A stretch of 46,614 nt of DNA from positions 1-46,614 of the forward strand of contig JBGTHM010000007.1 in the NCBI GenBank assembly GCA_041746255.1, written 5' to 3'. The notes under the pieces are model-generated. The model saw nothing but the letters and a program-made list of their open reading frames with translations, did not search any database and had not been told where the DNA came from. The position numbers and the translations under genes were made by a program. Positions 29,601 through 38,898 of this stretch are shown one piece after another; the first letter of the stretch is position 1, and the number at the start of each line of letters is the position of its first letter. The DNA comes from Fibrobacteria bacterium. GTDB lineage: Bacteria; Fibrobacterota; Fibrobacteria; UBA11236.

Positions 29601-29616
29601 CGGCACGCCTCTTGCA
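29601..29616 (+). promoter_or_regulatory. Sigma54 (-24/-12) promoter
   Basis: CGGCACGCCTCTTGCA is a near-perfect GGCACG-N4-TTGCA, ending 25 bp before the ATG at 29641. Confidence 0.85.
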
Positions 29617-29640
29617 TGTAATTTATTTAAACACTATGCA

Positions 29641-30318
29641 ATGAGGTGGATTGTGAAAACCTGTTTACCGACACCCCGGTCCCGACAAGCCGCCCTGCTG
29701 GGGCTGGCGGCCTTAGCCTTCAGCGGATGTTATACCAAACTGCATACGCGGTCCGAAATCGTACGCCATCACTACGGCTATATCCAGCCTCCCGCGGATC
29801 CGATGCTATACGAAGACAGCCTTTACAGCGACTCTTTGGCTGCAGCCGAAGAGGATAGCGTGGTGGTGCAAAACAAGCGTACCGTCGTGGTGCACGACTA
29901 TTACCATGTAGAACGCCCCAGAACCTATTGGGATTTTTCCTTGGGATTCTATTCCCCTCACTACCGAGACTATTACGGAGGGTACTACTGGTACGATCAT
30001 CCCCATTATTATTACCCGCGCCACGGGCGCTATTACCACGGTGGGCGTTATTACTACCCGCCTCGCGGCGGAAAGGGCGGCTCAGGAGGTACGGTAAGAC
30101 CGCCTTCCGATCCCAATTATAAATCGGACAAACGCCTTTTCAACAGTCCTCCTCCGCAGAACCAGCCGGGCAAGGGGAAACGCAGGCAGCCGCAAAGTTC
30201 TTCGCAAAATGAGCCGGCTCCGAAGTCTTCCTCTTCGTCCGCTCCTGCGGCGAGTGATTCGGAATCGGAAAATTCAAACGAAGGCAAGTCCGTACCAGCG
30301 CGGGGAAAAAGACGATGA
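29641..30318 (+). CDS. Tyr/His-rich lipoprotein with disordered C-terminus
   Basis: Lipobox FSGC-YT, YYGGYYWYDHPHYYYPRHGRYYHGGRYYY block, Ser/Pro/Lys-rich tail. Confidence 0.8.
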   Translation: MRWIVKTCLPTPRSRQAALLGLAALAFSGCYTKLHTRSEIVRHHYGYIQPPADPMLYEDSLYSDSLAAAEEDSVVVQNKRTVVVHDYYHVERPRTYWDFSLGFYSPHYRDYYGGYYWYDHPHYYYPRHGRYYHGGRYYYPPRGGKGGSGGTVRPPSDPNYKSDKRLFNSPPPQNQPGKGKRRQPQSSSQNEPAPKSSSSSAPAASDSESENSNEGKSVPARGKRR

Positions 30319-31487
30319 AAAGGATAACCATACAAAGTGGTATTAATCGGGCAGCCTGGATATTTTCGGCGGTAGCCTTGCTAACGGCGAATTCATGGGC
30401 CGAATCCGCGCCTTTCAATCTGGGGCGAGACCAGGATGTGGGAGCCCGCGCGCTGGGACTTGGCGGCGCATATACTGCGGTGGCGAACGACTTCACGGCG
30501 CTGTATTATAACCCGGCGGGATTGACGTCGGTGAAGCAACATGAATTGCATTTCAGCCTGCAACAGGACCGGCTCTCCGGGACCGGCCGCAGCGGGGGAT
30601 TTGCTCCGCATTCTTTGGAACAGCAGAATTTGAAAATCCAATCCCTGGGATATCTCGTTCCGGTACCGACCGTAAGAGGGGGCCTCAGCTTCGCATTCGG
30701 CATGTACAAACCCCGTACCTTCGACGAAGTGATTTCCTTCCGCGACGCGCAATCGGCAACGGTCGGACCTTATGAATACCGCGCCGCCGGGGATATGACT
30801 CATTACCGCGCCGGCATGGCCGTGGATATCGCGGAAGGCGTGGTACTGGGAGTGGCGGCCGGATATGTGCATGGCCGAGAGGAAGTACGCGTGGAAGACA
30901 ACGGTCGCTATGGATACCTCCGCACCTATGGAGGCTACAATTTGGAACCGGCGTTGCTGCTACGGCTCAACGACAACCTGCGCTTCGGCGCCTCGCTGGT
31001 AATCAAGGAGGCATTCGGTCTGGAAGAAGTATTCGAAGATGAAACCAGCAATTCGGAAGGCAATTACGTGGTCAAGCATCCCATGACCCTGAAAATGGGC
31101 CTGGCCCATTTCGGAAAATCCCACCTGCTCAGCCTTTCCTACAAAACGCATAATTGGGAAAATTATCGGTATGGAAGAAACGACGTCGAGTTCACCGATT
31201 TGGTTTCGTACCGTAACGAGCATGAATTGGCGGTAGGAGCGGAACAGTACATTCCGCTTATCGGAGGCGTGGTCCGGGGAGGGTATACCTATAACTTACT
31301 GCCGGATAAGGATTTCAATCCCGCCTATAATCGCCATCGGGTGGCGGGCGGGGTCGGTTTCATCATGGGCGGATCGCTGAGCTTGGATTTGGGATATTCA
31401 TTCAGTTTCTGGGAGTTGCAGGATGCCGATCTCTATCAAGAAAACCGTGAGCATCGGGCCATGATGTCGTTCGCGTATCGGTATTGA
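30315..31487 (+). CDS. Outer-membrane beta-barrel, OmpP1/FadL/TodX (PorV-like) family
   Basis: Signal peptide, GARALGLGGAYTAVANDFTALYYNPAGL signature, C-terminal aromatic FAYRY. ATGA coupling to the lipoprotein gene. Confidence 0.88.
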   Translation: MKRITIQSGINRAAWIFSAVALLTANSWAESAPFNLGRDQDVGARALGLGGAYTAVANDFTALYYNPAGLTSVKQHELHFSLQQDRLSGTGRSGGFAPHSLEQQNLKIQSLGYLVPVPTVRGGLSFAFGMYKPRTFDEVISFRDAQSATVGPYEYRAAGDMTHYRAGMAVDIAEGVVLGVAAGYVHGREEVRVEDNGRYGYLRTYGGYNLEPALLLRLNDNLRFGASLVIKEAFGLEEVFEDETSNSEGNYVVKHPMTLKMGLAHFGKSHLLSLSYKTHNWENYRYGRNDVEFTDLVSYRNEHELAVGAEQYIPLIGGVVRGGYTYNLLPDKDFNPAYNRHRVAGGVGFIMGGSLSLDLGYSFSFWELQDADLYQENREHRAMMSFAYRY

Positions 31488-31504
31488 TAGGTGGGGCACG
31501 GGTT

Positions 31505-31966
31505 TTAAAGCAGCCAGGATCCCCGGTGGCTTTGGCGTAAGCCCTTGTGGGTAAAAATCCACTCATATTCAACAAGCTTAGGCTGTATCCCGGAATTCCA
31601 GAGTATCAGGGCTCCGTGCTCATCCACCTCAATGCAGTTGAAGGTCAGGGTCTCTAAACCGGGAAAACGTTTACGAAGAGCGGTGACGACTTCCCATTCT
31701 TCCTTTTTATTCCACACGACCAGATGATCGCTTTTACAGGAAACGATTTCATGCTTTAATTGCCCTCGAACGGTTTCTTGTAAAAGGTACTGGCGTTGCA
31801 AGAACTCACTTTCGCGCATTCGGAAATAAAATTGATTTTGATTCCATCCGAAAATTTGAGCGCCAATTAAGATAGCCATGGAGGAGATTGTGAGCGCGGC
31901 CAGCAATTCCAGGAGTGTCAATCCTTTTTGGCCATCCGCATAGTCAATTTTAGCGCCTGAACTCAT
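31505..31966 (-). CDS. Prepilin-type minor (pseudo)pilin, GspJ/PilW-like
   Basis: Class III signal QKG|LTLLELL followed by a hydrophobic helix. Confidence 0.8.
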   Translation of the reverse strand: MSSGAKIDYADGQKGLTLLELLAALTISSMAILIGAQIFGWNQNQFYFRMRESEFLQRQYLLQETVRGQLKHEIVSCKSDHLVVWNKKEEWEVVTALRKRFPGLETLTFNCIEVDEHGALILWNSGIQPKLVEYEWIFTHKGLRQSHRGSWLL

Positions 31967-32361
31967 AAGCTACTTTTCCAAGTGGACGTCTTAGGCACTA
32001 GCGGACTCTTTCTCCCGAAATAGCTAATCGTCATACGTCCTAATGGCGGTCCAGACAAGCCCAATACTTTCCCTGACAGTTTTACCTCATCCCCGATAAG
32101 TTCGGGTTCGATTTCCACCCGGCAGCGACAAGGCACTTCGTACTCTTTGAAAATCGTTTTTTCTTCTCGTTGCAAAAAGGCGCGATGCAACTCGGTTTCA
32201 AGCAACGATAAAGCGCAAAACCGATTCAAAGCGCGCTGGTTGACGTGATTTTTATATAGCCAGGTACTCAATGGAACCAAAAAGGCGGTAGCCAACACCA
32301 TTGCGATTAAGGTTTCCACCAACGTGAAGCCTATTTGTTCAGAACGGATTTTCACTTCCAT
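31963..32361 (-). CDS. Prepilin-type minor (pseudo)pilin, GspI/PilV-like
   Basis: Class III signal QIG|FTLVETLIA. Confidence 0.82.
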   Translation of the reverse strand: MEVKIRSEQIGFTLVETLIAMVLATAFLVPLSTWLYKNHVNQRALNRFCALSLLETELHRAFLQREEKTIFKEYEVPCRCRVEIEPELIGDEVKLSGKVLGLSGPPLGRMTISYFGRKSPLVPKTSTWKSSL

Positions 32362-32457
32362 TTTTTGGAAAAAACCTTGATCATCGCGGTGCCCCTCTGT
32401 CCCGGCGATTTTGTAAGGATTGCTCCCGGTTCGTTTCCATGCTGAATCCCGGCTACC

Positions 32458-32907
32458 TCAATACCCGAGGATGAATTTGCGGCCTTCTTTCAACACAGTC
32501 ACCTGATGCCGTTCGATTTTCACCACTTTGAATTCCCAGGCTTCGTCCCCGCTTTTTAATAGCTCGCTTTTACCATTTACCTGAAGTATAGCTACCGGCT
32601 GCTCGCCCCATAAAATTCCGGTAAGTACCGCTTCAGGAGGCGCTATCACCTTCGGAACTTTCAGCACCGGCTTGGACATCGCCTTCGGCTTCGGCTTTTC
32701 ACTATAGAGAAAGGACTGAAAGGGATCCCGGATAAGCGAATCGGGGGATAAAAGGGATGCGGAAAGAAACTCTTTTGGTAAAGAGGATTTATCCGTTGTG
32801 GTTACTCGGGAGTCAGGACGACGAACGAGAACATCTACGACTTGCCATGCCACATAACCCCATGCGCCCAAAGCCATCATTAGCAGCGCCAAGAACAGCC
32901 TTTTCAT
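32458..32907 (-). CDS. PilP/GspC-like assembly protein
   Basis: N-terminal TM, RDPF motif, Pro/Lys linker, LTGILWG..PVAILQVNG...GD...VVKI homology region. Confidence 0.7.
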   Translation of the reverse strand: MKRLFLALLMMALGAWGYVAWQVVDVLVRRPDSRVTTTDKSSLPKEFLSASLLSPDSLIRDPFQSFLYSEKPKPKAMSKPVLKVPKVIAPPEAVLTGILWGEQPVAILQVNGKSELLKSGDEAWEFKVVKIERHQVTVLKEGRKFILGY

Positions 32908-33470
32908 GGAGTCACCGAATAGGACGGAAGAAAAACACTCACGCTGAAGCGGGCCGTAATATCATTGCGATGCATGGCTTCCGAATGGATGGAAAAACGT
33001 CTTACCCGCAGGACCATATCCTGGCTTTCCAACGCATGCATGTAGCGCACCAAGCTCGGAAAACCACCTCTAAGCGAGAGTTCGAAAGGATATTCCAGGG
33101 AAGTCGATTGCCGTATTTCGTTCAGACCGGTCACCTCAGTCAATATGATTTCTTCCCGCTTCGCCTGGTCCACCAGTAGATGCATCACATGGGATGCATG
33201 ATTTTCCTCCGGTGAGGATTGGTGAAAAGCTCGCAGCTTTTTCGACCAGTCTGCGTAATGTATCGCCAAACTATCGGATTGTTCCAGGTTTTTTTGAAGG
33301 GAGCGGAATGCCATGAAGTCCGCCACTTCGCCCATGGTCTGGCGGTAGCCATAAAATCCCACGTAAGAAATCCCGGAAACCGTCGCCAATCCAAATATCA
33401 ATAACAGTGAAAAAACCAGCTGTCCCCAATAGCGGAGCATCCAATCCGGCACCTCGAAAAAGGATTTCAA
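32904..33470 (-). CDS. pilO: PilO/GspM-like alignment protein
   Basis: TM helix, coiled coil and EYPFELSLRGGFPSLVRYMHALE. Confidence 0.72.
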   Translation of the reverse strand: MKSFFEVPDWMLRYWGQLVFSLLLIFGLATVSGISYVGFYGYRQTMGEVADFMAFRSLQKNLEQSDSLAIHYADWSKKLRAFHQSSPEENHASHVMHLLVDQAKREEIILTEVTGLNEIRQSTSLEYPFELSLRGGFPSLVRYMHALESQDMVLRVRRFSIHSEAMHRNDITARFSVSVFLPSYSVTP

Positions 33471-34882
33471 GGTTGCACCATGATTTGAAATGCGATCAAA
33501 TTCCGATTATTGTCCGGAATTTTGGTTTCCTTGACGACTTTATCGGCAGGTACCATTTCCGTGGAGCGAAGCTTGACGGACTTGAAACCGCCTTGACTTT
33601 CGAGGGCGGCCAGCAGCAAGGTGACGCTACTTTCTTCCAAACTGTATCCGCTCAGGGTATAGAGTGACGGTCCCGTTGCCTCTCGCTCTAAAGTCCAGCT
33701 TTTTAGCCATAGGCCCTCCGGAATTAGGTTGGCAATGCGTAAAAGGTTTCCTGATTCCAAAGTACGTTTATCAAACGTAGGTTTCAGCCGTTTCCATTCC
33801 GCCTCCGCGCTTTGTTTCTGTACTTGCACCCGTTGCCACTGTTGCAGTTGTCCTGAATGCGATTGAATATTGCCCCGGTTATAAAGATGCAATCCTCCGC
33901 TGAAAAGCCCTAGAGACAAGGCCAAAGCGGTTAGCGACGATATAGTCACGAGTGCAATGCGAAAAAGACGCTGGGAGCGGGCCAGCCAATTGCGGTGGGA
34001 GCGGGCTAAATCCCCATTCAGATTGGAAAGGGACAGAGGGGCAAGCTCCCCTCGTGCATGGCGATGCGCAAGGGCCGCGACGGGACGGAATTCAGAAGCC
34101 ACTAGCGTGAATTCGGGAAGCCAGGGAGGCGATAAGATGGCTAACCCGTCCTCCGAAAGCAAAGACAACGCTGCCTGCATCTCCGCACTAACGCCGTCCC
34201 GTCCAAGGTATATCGCCTGGATGGGGCTTTCCGGTGCTTTGGTTTCCCAAAAATAGATTAGAACATTCCGAAAAGCCCGCGCAAGGTCCGGTCCTCTTTC
34301 CCGGGCATCGTTTAGACCCATGTGAATCTTCGCATGGACGCGCAGGTTTCCGCGATGTAAAAATAAAATATGCGTCTCTTTCGGCTCGGGCCAAACCAAA
34401 ACACTGGTCTCAAGGAGAGCGTTTTTATCAATGGCATCAAGTACAGGTAAGGGGCCCAGCCCTAAATCATAGAGGGTCGAGAGTGAATGCGGCAATTCTT
34501 CCTGAAATTTTGAAAGTGCGGCCTCGCTGCAGATTACCGAAAAGCGCGCATCACTTAAAGGAAAAACCTGTATGGCGAAATCTTCGCTTCGGCTTCCTGG
34601 GAGTTTCAATTGCTCGAGATCGAATTCGTCTTCGTTCTCTCCTTCCAAAAAGGGTCCCATGTAACGTATTCGGTAAGGGATATGCGAAACCATAGAAGCG
34701 AAACCTTGGTAACGGAGGCCATGCTTCCGTGCAAAAATTTCGGCCTCGGCATAAGATCCCCTGAACGAAAGACCCGGCGCCAAAGACTTGTCGCGCGCCG
34801 AAAAGAGACGAACTTCATCGCTTAAAAATTCAGCGCCCCAGTGCCAACGAGGCGTAAACCAATCACTTATCCAGGTTGGCAT
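33467..34882 (-). CDS. PilM-PilN fusion / GspL-like alignment protein
   Basis: Cytoplasmic N-domain, TM helix, coiled coil and PilN-like IPEGLWLKS...LSGYS...LE.QGGF.SV. Operon context supports this. Confidence 0.68.
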   Translation of the reverse strand: MPTWISDWFTPRWHWGAEFLSDEVRLFSARDKSLAPGLSFRGSYAEAEIFARKHGLRYQGFASMVSHIPYRIRYMGPFLEGENEDEFDLEQLKLPGSRSEDFAIQVFPLSDARFSVICSEAALSKFQEELPHSLSTLYDLGLGPLPVLDAIDKNALLETSVLVWPEPKETHILFLHRGNLRVHAKIHMGLNDARERGPDLARAFRNVLIYFWETKAPESPIQAIYLGRDGVSAEMQAALSLLSEDGLAILSPPWLPEFTLVASEFRPVAALAHRHARGELAPLSLSNLNGDLARSHRNWLARSQRLFRIALVTISSLTALALSLGLFSGGLHLYNRGNIQSHSGQLQQWQRVQVQKQSAEAEWKRLKPTFDKRTLESGNLLRIANLIPEGLWLKSWTLEREATGPSLYTLSGYSLEESSVTLLLAALESQGGFKSVKLRSTEMVPADKVVKETKIPDNNRNLIAFQIMVQP

Positions 34883-37085
34883 TTTTCTTTATATAAGTGC
34901 CGGGTTCAACATGGGCATCGGCCCCGTAATACACGTGCGGAGTCACGAAAATAAGCATCTGACTGCGCGAATTGACGATATCGTTATTTTTAAAAAGCCA
35001 ACCCAGGAATGGAATCGACCCGAGAAAAGGCACTTGCCGCGAAACCCGGTTGCGACTCTCCTTGACGAATCCTCCTAAAACTATGGTCTCGCCGTCGCGG
35101 AGCCTCACTTTCGATTTAAGCATCCGGTGATTCAGCGTGGGAGGCACATTCGGATCGAACGACCCTTCCGGCTCGGAAAAGTCGGGCACGATTTCGCAAG
35201 TGATTTCGCCTTTCCCCGTTACAAACGGCGTAACGGTAAGAGTGACATTCGCCTCTATTTTTTCGAAGCGTTGGGTAGTACGGGTGGTAACTCCATCTAT
35301 TTTTCCGACATCCGTTTCGGATTTCAGCAGAAAATATTGTGTTTGCCCGATGCGCAATACCGCTTCGCTGCCGTTTAATGTGGCGATCTGCGGTTTGGAT
35401 CTGACTCGGAGCACCTTTTCCTGTTCCAAGGCTTCAATTTTGGCCACAAAATTACTGGGTAGTGAGATGACATTGCGCAAACCGGGTATTTGATCCAAAA
35501 TATCCTGGCTTCGTTCCCGGTTAAGAACCTGTTCAAATTCGGGATAGAGCGTTTCCCGGCTCTGCACTTTACGATAATCGCCTAAAAAAAGATCCATGCC
35601 ATAGCGGCGTATCTTGTCCAAATTGACATCGACGACCAGGGCTTCAATCAGAATTTGGGCGACGGGTAAATCCACCTGGTTCACATAGTGATTGAGGCCA
35701 TCGATGGTTTCATAAGTTCCCAATACCATGATTGCGTTTTGGCTTTTTACCAGTTTTAGCTGGGCGTTCTTTATCAAACTTTCGGGTAGTATCTCCATGA
35801 CCTCCTCTGCCTTCAAATGCTTGAGAACAATAAGCCGGGAGTTATCGGCGACTTGCATACTCTGGGGTCCGATAAAATAAATGCCGTTATTCACCCAGAA
35901 TGTGTAATCCGTGCCTCTGAAAAGGAACTGCAGGGCGCTTTCAATGGAAACGTCGTTGACCTTCATCGTGGAAGTGCCTAAAAGTTCTCCGTATACCACC
36001 GTGCTGATTCCCGACTGCGCCGCGATGGAAGCGATAATATCGGCAATGGGGGCCTGGGTTACTTCCAGCGAAACCTTATCCTCCTTTACGAATATGCGCA
36101 TACGGCCACCACCCTGGGCTCCAGATACTTGGGGAGCGGATTGCCACGACTCCTGCACCAAAGTAATGACACCGTCTTTTTCGCGCAGGAGGAAGCCGTT
36201 GTTATGCGCCAATAGGCGTATGGCTTTATCGAATTCAAGGTCTTGGAAAAAAGCCGTCATTTCTCCGCGCGCGCCCCCCTCTATCAAAAGCGTTCGCTTG
36301 GTCTCTTCCACCAATCTCCGCACCACCTGTTGCGCCGGAATATTCTGCAGGTCCACCGACAGCTTCCCTGATTTAAAACTCACTTCGAAGCGGGGCTTGA
36401 TGGGCGGTGGAGGAGCGGGTGCAGGTTTTTTCTCAACTTTGACCGACCCGTGCACGACATTCAGTCGATATCCGTTTTCCTCCGCGATCAGCTTCAACGC
36501 ATCCTTGAGTTTTGTTTTGTGTAAATTGATGCTGATACGGCCGCTCACCTCGGGAGACATGAGAATGTTGACCTTATGCTGTATTCCCAATCCCTGCAAT
36601 ACGTCGCGTATTTCGGTATCACGCACATTAAGTGATTGCACGATCACCGAGTCGTTGATGGGTAATTCCATCGCGAGTTCCTGTTCTACGGACGGTTGAA
36701 CCGTTCCTTGCTCTTCCGGTTCTCCCGATGGTTCCTGATATTGCTTTTGTTCCTGGTAAACCTGAGATTCCTGTGCTGCATGTGTATCATACGCCTCCGT
36801 GTTTTCAGGAATTTTCTCGTTTCCGGATTCATCAGTCTGGACCTCCGCCGTAAAGGGGCTATCGTTGCCGGGGTCCGTCATTTGTTCCGAGGGTGGATTG
36901 GATGCGCGCCGCTGTTGACCCTCAATTGCCTGTAATCTTTCATGCCGCAAGGAGTCCCGGATAAAAGCTCTTCGCTCGGACGGAGAAAGTTGCGGATTCT
37001 CGCCTTGAGTTTGCGCTACGACCTCCGAAACCGAATTACCCAGAAGTAGCAGGAGGACTGTAACCACACCTGTAATCAGTTTCAC
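34863..37085 (-). CDS. gspD: Secretin (GspD/PilQ family) with several STN/N0-like domains
   Basis: QILIEALVVDV, PQIATLNGSEA, LRDGETIVLGG, VPFLGSIPFLGWLFK, LIFVTPHV. Confidence 0.9.
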   Translation of the reverse strand: MKLITGVVTVLLLLLGNSVSEVVAQTQGENPQLSPSERRAFIRDSLRHERLQAIEGQQRRASNPPSEQMTDPGNDSPFTAEVQTDESGNEKIPENTEAYDTHAAQESQVYQEQKQYQEPSGEPEEQGTVQPSVEQELAMELPINDSVIVQSLNVRDTEIRDVLQGLGIQHKVNILMSPEVSGRISINLHKTKLKDALKLIAEENGYRLNVVHGSVKVEKKPAPAPPPPIKPRFEVSFKSGKLSVDLQNIPAQQVVRRLVEETKRTLLIEGGARGEMTAFFQDLEFDKAIRLLAHNNGFLLREKDGVITLVQESWQSAPQVSGAQGGGRMRIFVKEDKVSLEVTQAPIADIIASIAAQSGISTVVYGELLGTSTMKVNDVSIESALQFLFRGTDYTFWVNNGIYFIGPQSMQVADNSRLIVLKHLKAEEVMEILPESLIKNAQLKLVKSQNAIMVLGTYETIDGLNHYVNQVDLPVAQILIEALVVDVNLDKIRRYGMDLFLGDYRKVQSRETLYPEFEQVLNRERSQDILDQIPGLRNVISLPSNFVAKIEALEQEKVLRVRSKPQIATLNGSEAVLRIGQTQYFLLKSETDVGKIDGVTTRTTQRFEKIEANVTLTVTPFVTGKGEITCEIVPDFSEPEGSFDPNVPPTLNHRMLKSKVRLRDGETIVLGGFVKESRNRVSRQVPFLGSIPFLGWLFKNNDIVNSRSQMLIFVTPHVYYGADAHVEPGTYIKKNANLDK

Positions 37086-37165
37086 TTTTTTAGCCCATCT
37101 TTTTCCGTGCGCAGCACTTAATATATTTTCTCAAAGGTAGCATTTCTAAATACCCGACTCGCTTC

Positions 37166-38893
37166 TCAAGCCGTCTCCCGCAATACCTCTTCCATCGAAG
37201 TCAGTCCCGCTCGAATCTTACGTAAGCCGTCTTCGCGTAAGCTCACCATTCCCTCTTTTATAGCCTGTTCTCGAAGGCTCCCTGCCGTATTTTTATCCGA
37301 AATGAGGGATCGGATACTATCGGTAATGGGTAATATTTCGAAAAGCCCAAGCCGCCCCGAATAGCCGGTATGGTGACAAAGCGGACACCCCTTGGTTGGC
37401 CTAAGCATCGGTCCGCTTTCCGGGTATTCTGTTCCAGCAAGTGTTTCCGGTTCCAAGGGGCCCGTCCCGAAATCCTGGCCTGGCTCGACGCAATGAGGGC
37501 AAAGACGTCTCACCAGACGCTGCGCGCCAATCAAGGTCAGAGCCGAGGATAGCAGAAAAGGCTCGATGCCCATATCGAGTAGACGCGTCACCGCGCTCGG
37601 CGCATCGTTGGTATGCAGGGTGGAAAGCACCAAATGCCCGGTCAATGCGGCTCGTACCGCTATTTCAGCGGTTTCGCGGTCCCGGATTTCGCCCACCATG
37701 ATGACATTCGGGTCTTGCCGTAAAATGGTACGCAAAGCGTTGGCGAAGGTATAGTCCACTTCCTTTTTCACCGCCGTCTGCGTCACGCCATCCAACTTAT
37801 ACTCGATGGGGTCTTCGACGGTAACGATATTCAGTTCCGGAGAGCGAATCAGGTTTAAAGCGCTATATAATGTGGTGGTTTTGCCGGCGCCCGTGGGTCC
37901 GGTCATCAGAATCATCCCGAAGGGGGCGCGCAGGCATTTGTGTAGCACTTCCAGGCGGGGCGCATCCAGGCCCAGGTGGGTCAAATCAAGAGGCACCGCG
38001 GCCTTGTCGAGTATGCGCAGAACTACCTTTTCGCCATGCTCGGTGGGCAAAGTGCTGACGCGGATATCTATTCCCTGTCCACCTCCCTGCATGCGGATGC
38101 GGCCATCCTGCGGTCGTCTTTTTTCGGCGATATCGAGGTCGGCCATCACCTTCAGTCGCGAAACCACTTCGGCTTTCGATCGGTTGTTGACGGTACGGTG
38201 CACTCGCAAAATCCCATCCTGACGCAAGCGCACCTTCATGTCTTTTTCATAAGGCTCGAAATGGATATCGGAAGACCCTCCATGAATGGCGTCCGAAATG
38301 ATTTCATACACCAATTTCACGATAGGTGAATCCAATCGTCCCGCCGATTGAATCAACTTAGGCTGCGCCGTTCTATTGCCGGGCGAGGCCTTCTCACTCT
38401 CGCCTCTACCGGCCCGCACTGCGGTGAAATCGATAAAGCCTCCGCCTGATCCGCCCACCTCGCCTGAGAGCGTATCTTGGTTTCCGCTCTTTTCGCGTCC
38501 GCTCCCTTTGTAATAAAAAGCAATCCGTTTTTCTAAGGCGGGTCTATCCACTACCACGGGTTCGATGGCCAACCCGGTCATCACATGGATGTCCATCAAC
38601 AAATCAAGATCAGTGGGGTCAACGACTGCGAGTAACAGAGTGTCCCTCTCCACCGCCAGCGGCAATACCGTGAGCAAACGTGCGGTGTCGGCGGGCAACA
38701 AACGCAACACGTCCGTTCCGGGACGGTAGTCTTCAAGATTTCCTAGGCGCGCGCCCAATTCTTCGACCAGCACTTCCCGTATTTTTCCGGCGGAAAATTT
38801 CCCTTCGGTCACCCGCTCCAGGGACTCTCCTAAACCATCTCCGCTTACGCGCAAGTCGGCCAGCGCGGCCTTGAGGGCATTTTGCCAATTCAT
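37166..38893 (-). CDS. gspE: GspE/PilB assembly ATPase
   Basis: SDIHFEP, DIAEKRRPQDGR, GPTGAGKTTT, EDPIEY, LRQDPNVIMVGEIRD, TLHTND and Zn motif CPHC...CPLC. Confidence 0.95.
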   Translation of the reverse strand: MNWQNALKAALADLRVSGDGLGESLERVTEGKFSAGKIREVLVEELGARLGNLEDYRPGTDVLRLLPADTARLLTVLPLAVERDTLLLAVVDPTDLDLLMDIHVMTGLAIEPVVVDRPALEKRIAFYYKGSGREKSGNQDTLSGEVGGSGGGFIDFTAVRAGRGESEKASPGNRTAQPKLIQSAGRLDSPIVKLVYEIISDAIHGGSSDIHFEPYEKDMKVRLRQDGILRVHRTVNNRSKAEVVSRLKVMADLDIAEKRRPQDGRIRMQGGGQGIDIRVSTLPTEHGEKVVLRILDKAAVPLDLTHLGLDAPRLEVLHKCLRAPFGMILMTGPTGAGKTTTLYSALNLIRSPELNIVTVEDPIEYKLDGVTQTAVKKEVDYTFANALRTILRQDPNVIMVGEIRDRETAEIAVRAALTGHLVLSTLHTNDAPSAVTRLLDMGIEPFLLSSALTLIGAQRLVRRLCPHCVEPGQDFGTGPLEPETLAGTEYPESGPMLRPTKGCPLCHHTGYSGRLGLFEILPITDSIRSLISDKNTAGSLREQAIKEGMVSLREDGLRKIRAGLTSMEEVLRETA

Positions 38894-38898
38894 GGTGG

